A stretch of DNA of 64,000 nt, taken from positions 96,001 through 160,000 of the forward strand of contig CAWFQB010000007.1 of assembly GCA_963817895.1 (NCBI GenBank). The letters are read 5' to 3'. Position numbers and translations under genes: made by a program. Shown piece after piece: positions 62,834 to 64,000 of this stretch. The DNA comes from an uncultured Chthonomonadaceae bacterium (GTDB taxonomy: Bacteria; Armatimonadota; Chthonomonadetes; Chthonomonadales; Chthonomonadaceae). The notes beneath the pieces were generated by a model. That model ran no database searches, was not told the origin of the DNA, and saw only the letters and a list, made by a program, of their open reading frames with translations. Each line of letters opens with the position of its first letter. The stretch's first letter is position 1.

Positions 62834-63460
62834 ATGGACGAACTGGACCCCATACATAAAGTGGAACTCGCCATGCTGCGCGCCGAGCATCAGAAGAGGT
62901 TCCAGACGCTGATTACCTATCTCAAAGACAAGGTGGGGCCGGGGATCGAGTACCGCAACGCCGTCGCCCGCGTGGTGGTTTCGGAACAGGGCGCGTATTA
63001 CGAACTCAACGACCTGCCCGAAGAGTTTTCCGGGGCGGTGGGGCCGGATGTGGAACAGCGGTATGTGACGCCGAATGAGGCGGTTGGACTGCTGGCGCGG
63101 GCGGTGGAAGCGGTCAAACAGGCGAATCGGGACAATGCGCGGCAGTGTTCCATTTTGGCGCTTTACTCGCGCCGGGGCATTATTGATCGCAAGAACTGCT
63201 ATGTTTACGAGTACCGCAGCGTGGGCGAACAGGCCGCCTCAGAGCCGCTTGTTATCGGGCAGTTTCAATCCGGCGTCATGCCCCTGTTCTTCAAAATTAA
63301 AATGGATGCGGATTTCAGTCCCGATGTTCTGGATATGCCGCGCGGCATCGTGTTTTGCATCGCCAACCCCGGCGACCGGCATCTGCTCATCCGCCTGCCC
63401 TTCACCGGCGATCAGGTGACAAATCTCACGGAAGCGACTTCGGCGGAGAGGGTTCAGTGA
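62834..63460 (+). CDS. Hypothetical protein
   Basis: ATG after GGAGGG RBS; ~208 aa with coding-like codon usage. Confidence 0.65.
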   Translation: MDELDPIHKVELAMLRAEHQKRFQTLITYLKDKVGPGIEYRNAVARVVVSEQGAYYELNDLPEEFSGAVGPDVEQRYVTPNEAVGLLARAVEAVKQANRDNARQCSILALYSRRGIIDRKNCYVYEYRSVGEQAASEPLVIGQFQSGVMPLFFKIKMDADFSPDVLDMPRGIVFCIANPGDRHLLIRLPFTGDQVTNLTEATSAERVQ

Positions 63461-63548
63461 GATACGAGATACGAGATACGAGATACCAGGCATGGCTCTG
63501 TTCAACTCGCGCATTGTCCTAATATCTCGTATCTCGTATCTCATATCT
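63458..63548. repeat. Inverted (GATACGA)n heptamer pair overlapping the stop codon
   Basis: tgagatacgagatacgagatacgagata ... tatctcgtatctcgtatctcatatct. Confidence 0.8.
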
Positions 63549-63650
63549 TCCTTGCTTTTTCGCGCAGTACAGGATATAATAAGTTAGGACGTAGCCGTAC
63601 TAGACTGTAATTTAGATTGAGAATAGCGCGGCAAAAAGGATGTGGATCGC

Positions 63651-64000
63651 ATGGCGACCCCACGCAGCAAAGAGAAAATATTGCGGTGCGCCCGCGAGAT
63701 GTTTTATCATCTGGGCTATCATGCGACCAGCGTAGATGACATCATCTTTCGGACGGGGGTTGCCAAAAGCAATTTCTACTACCATTTCAAGACCAAAGAG
63801 CAGCTTGCGCTTGCGGTTCTGGAAACGCAGATAGACGAGTACGAACTGTGGATCGGGCAGTCGTTGCGTAATCCGATGCTTCGGCCTACAGATCGCCTGC
63901 AAAGTTTTTTCGCGCAGTTGTGTTCGGCGCAGCAGGAGATGCAGAAGATGGCGGGCTGCCCGTTCGGCAATTTCGCCGCCACTCTGCCCGGTGAAGATGA
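63651..64000 (+). CDS. TetR/AcrR family regulator, 3'-partial
   Basis: KEKILRCAREMFYHLGYHATSVDDIIFRTGVAKSNFYYHFKTKEQL...GCPFGN (runs off the window, so absent from the ORF track). Confidence 0.92.
   Translation, partial: MATPRSKEKILRCAREMFYHLGYHATSVDDIIFRTGVAKSNFYYHFKTKEQLALAVLETQIDEYELWIGQSLRNPMLRPTDRLQSFFAQLCSAQQEMQKMAGCPFGNFAATLPGED

Noticed and set aside
62698..63548. Tandem repeats as a CRISPR array
   Set aside because: Units are 7-10 nt in inverted pairs, with no repeat-spacer periodicity and no cas genes.

Overview
A 64-kb bacterial chromosomal window. Gene content (DUF1559-type prepilin, PEP-CTERM protein, CRTAC1/ASPIC-UnbV proteins, DUF1549/DUF1553 cytochrome, two Uma2 nucleases) suggests Armatimonadota or a PVC-like lineage; this is inference. 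Housekeeping genes are proB, obg, an rhlE-like DEAD-box helicase and sucC, among many secreted or membrane proteins and a small defence cluster (type IIG-like R-M enzyme, HEPN-like pair, HNH N-terminal remnant). Many genes in 1-22 kb carry single-base frameshifts that look like consensus errors. No rRNA, tRNA or CRISPR array was recognised. Three signals stand out. (1) A ~480-nt minus-strand unit with no convincing ORF at ~48403-48884 has a near-consensus sigma70 promoter, a terminator-like hairpin and dense nested helices with GNRA loops; it is a candidate large structured ncRNA I cannot assign. (2) Short-period (7/9/10-nt) repeat cassettes occur as intergenic inverted pairs, supply stop codons, and are inserted in frame into ProB and the DUF1553 protein. 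(3) A G9 tract lies just before the NPPY motif of the R-M gene, suggesting possible phase variation.
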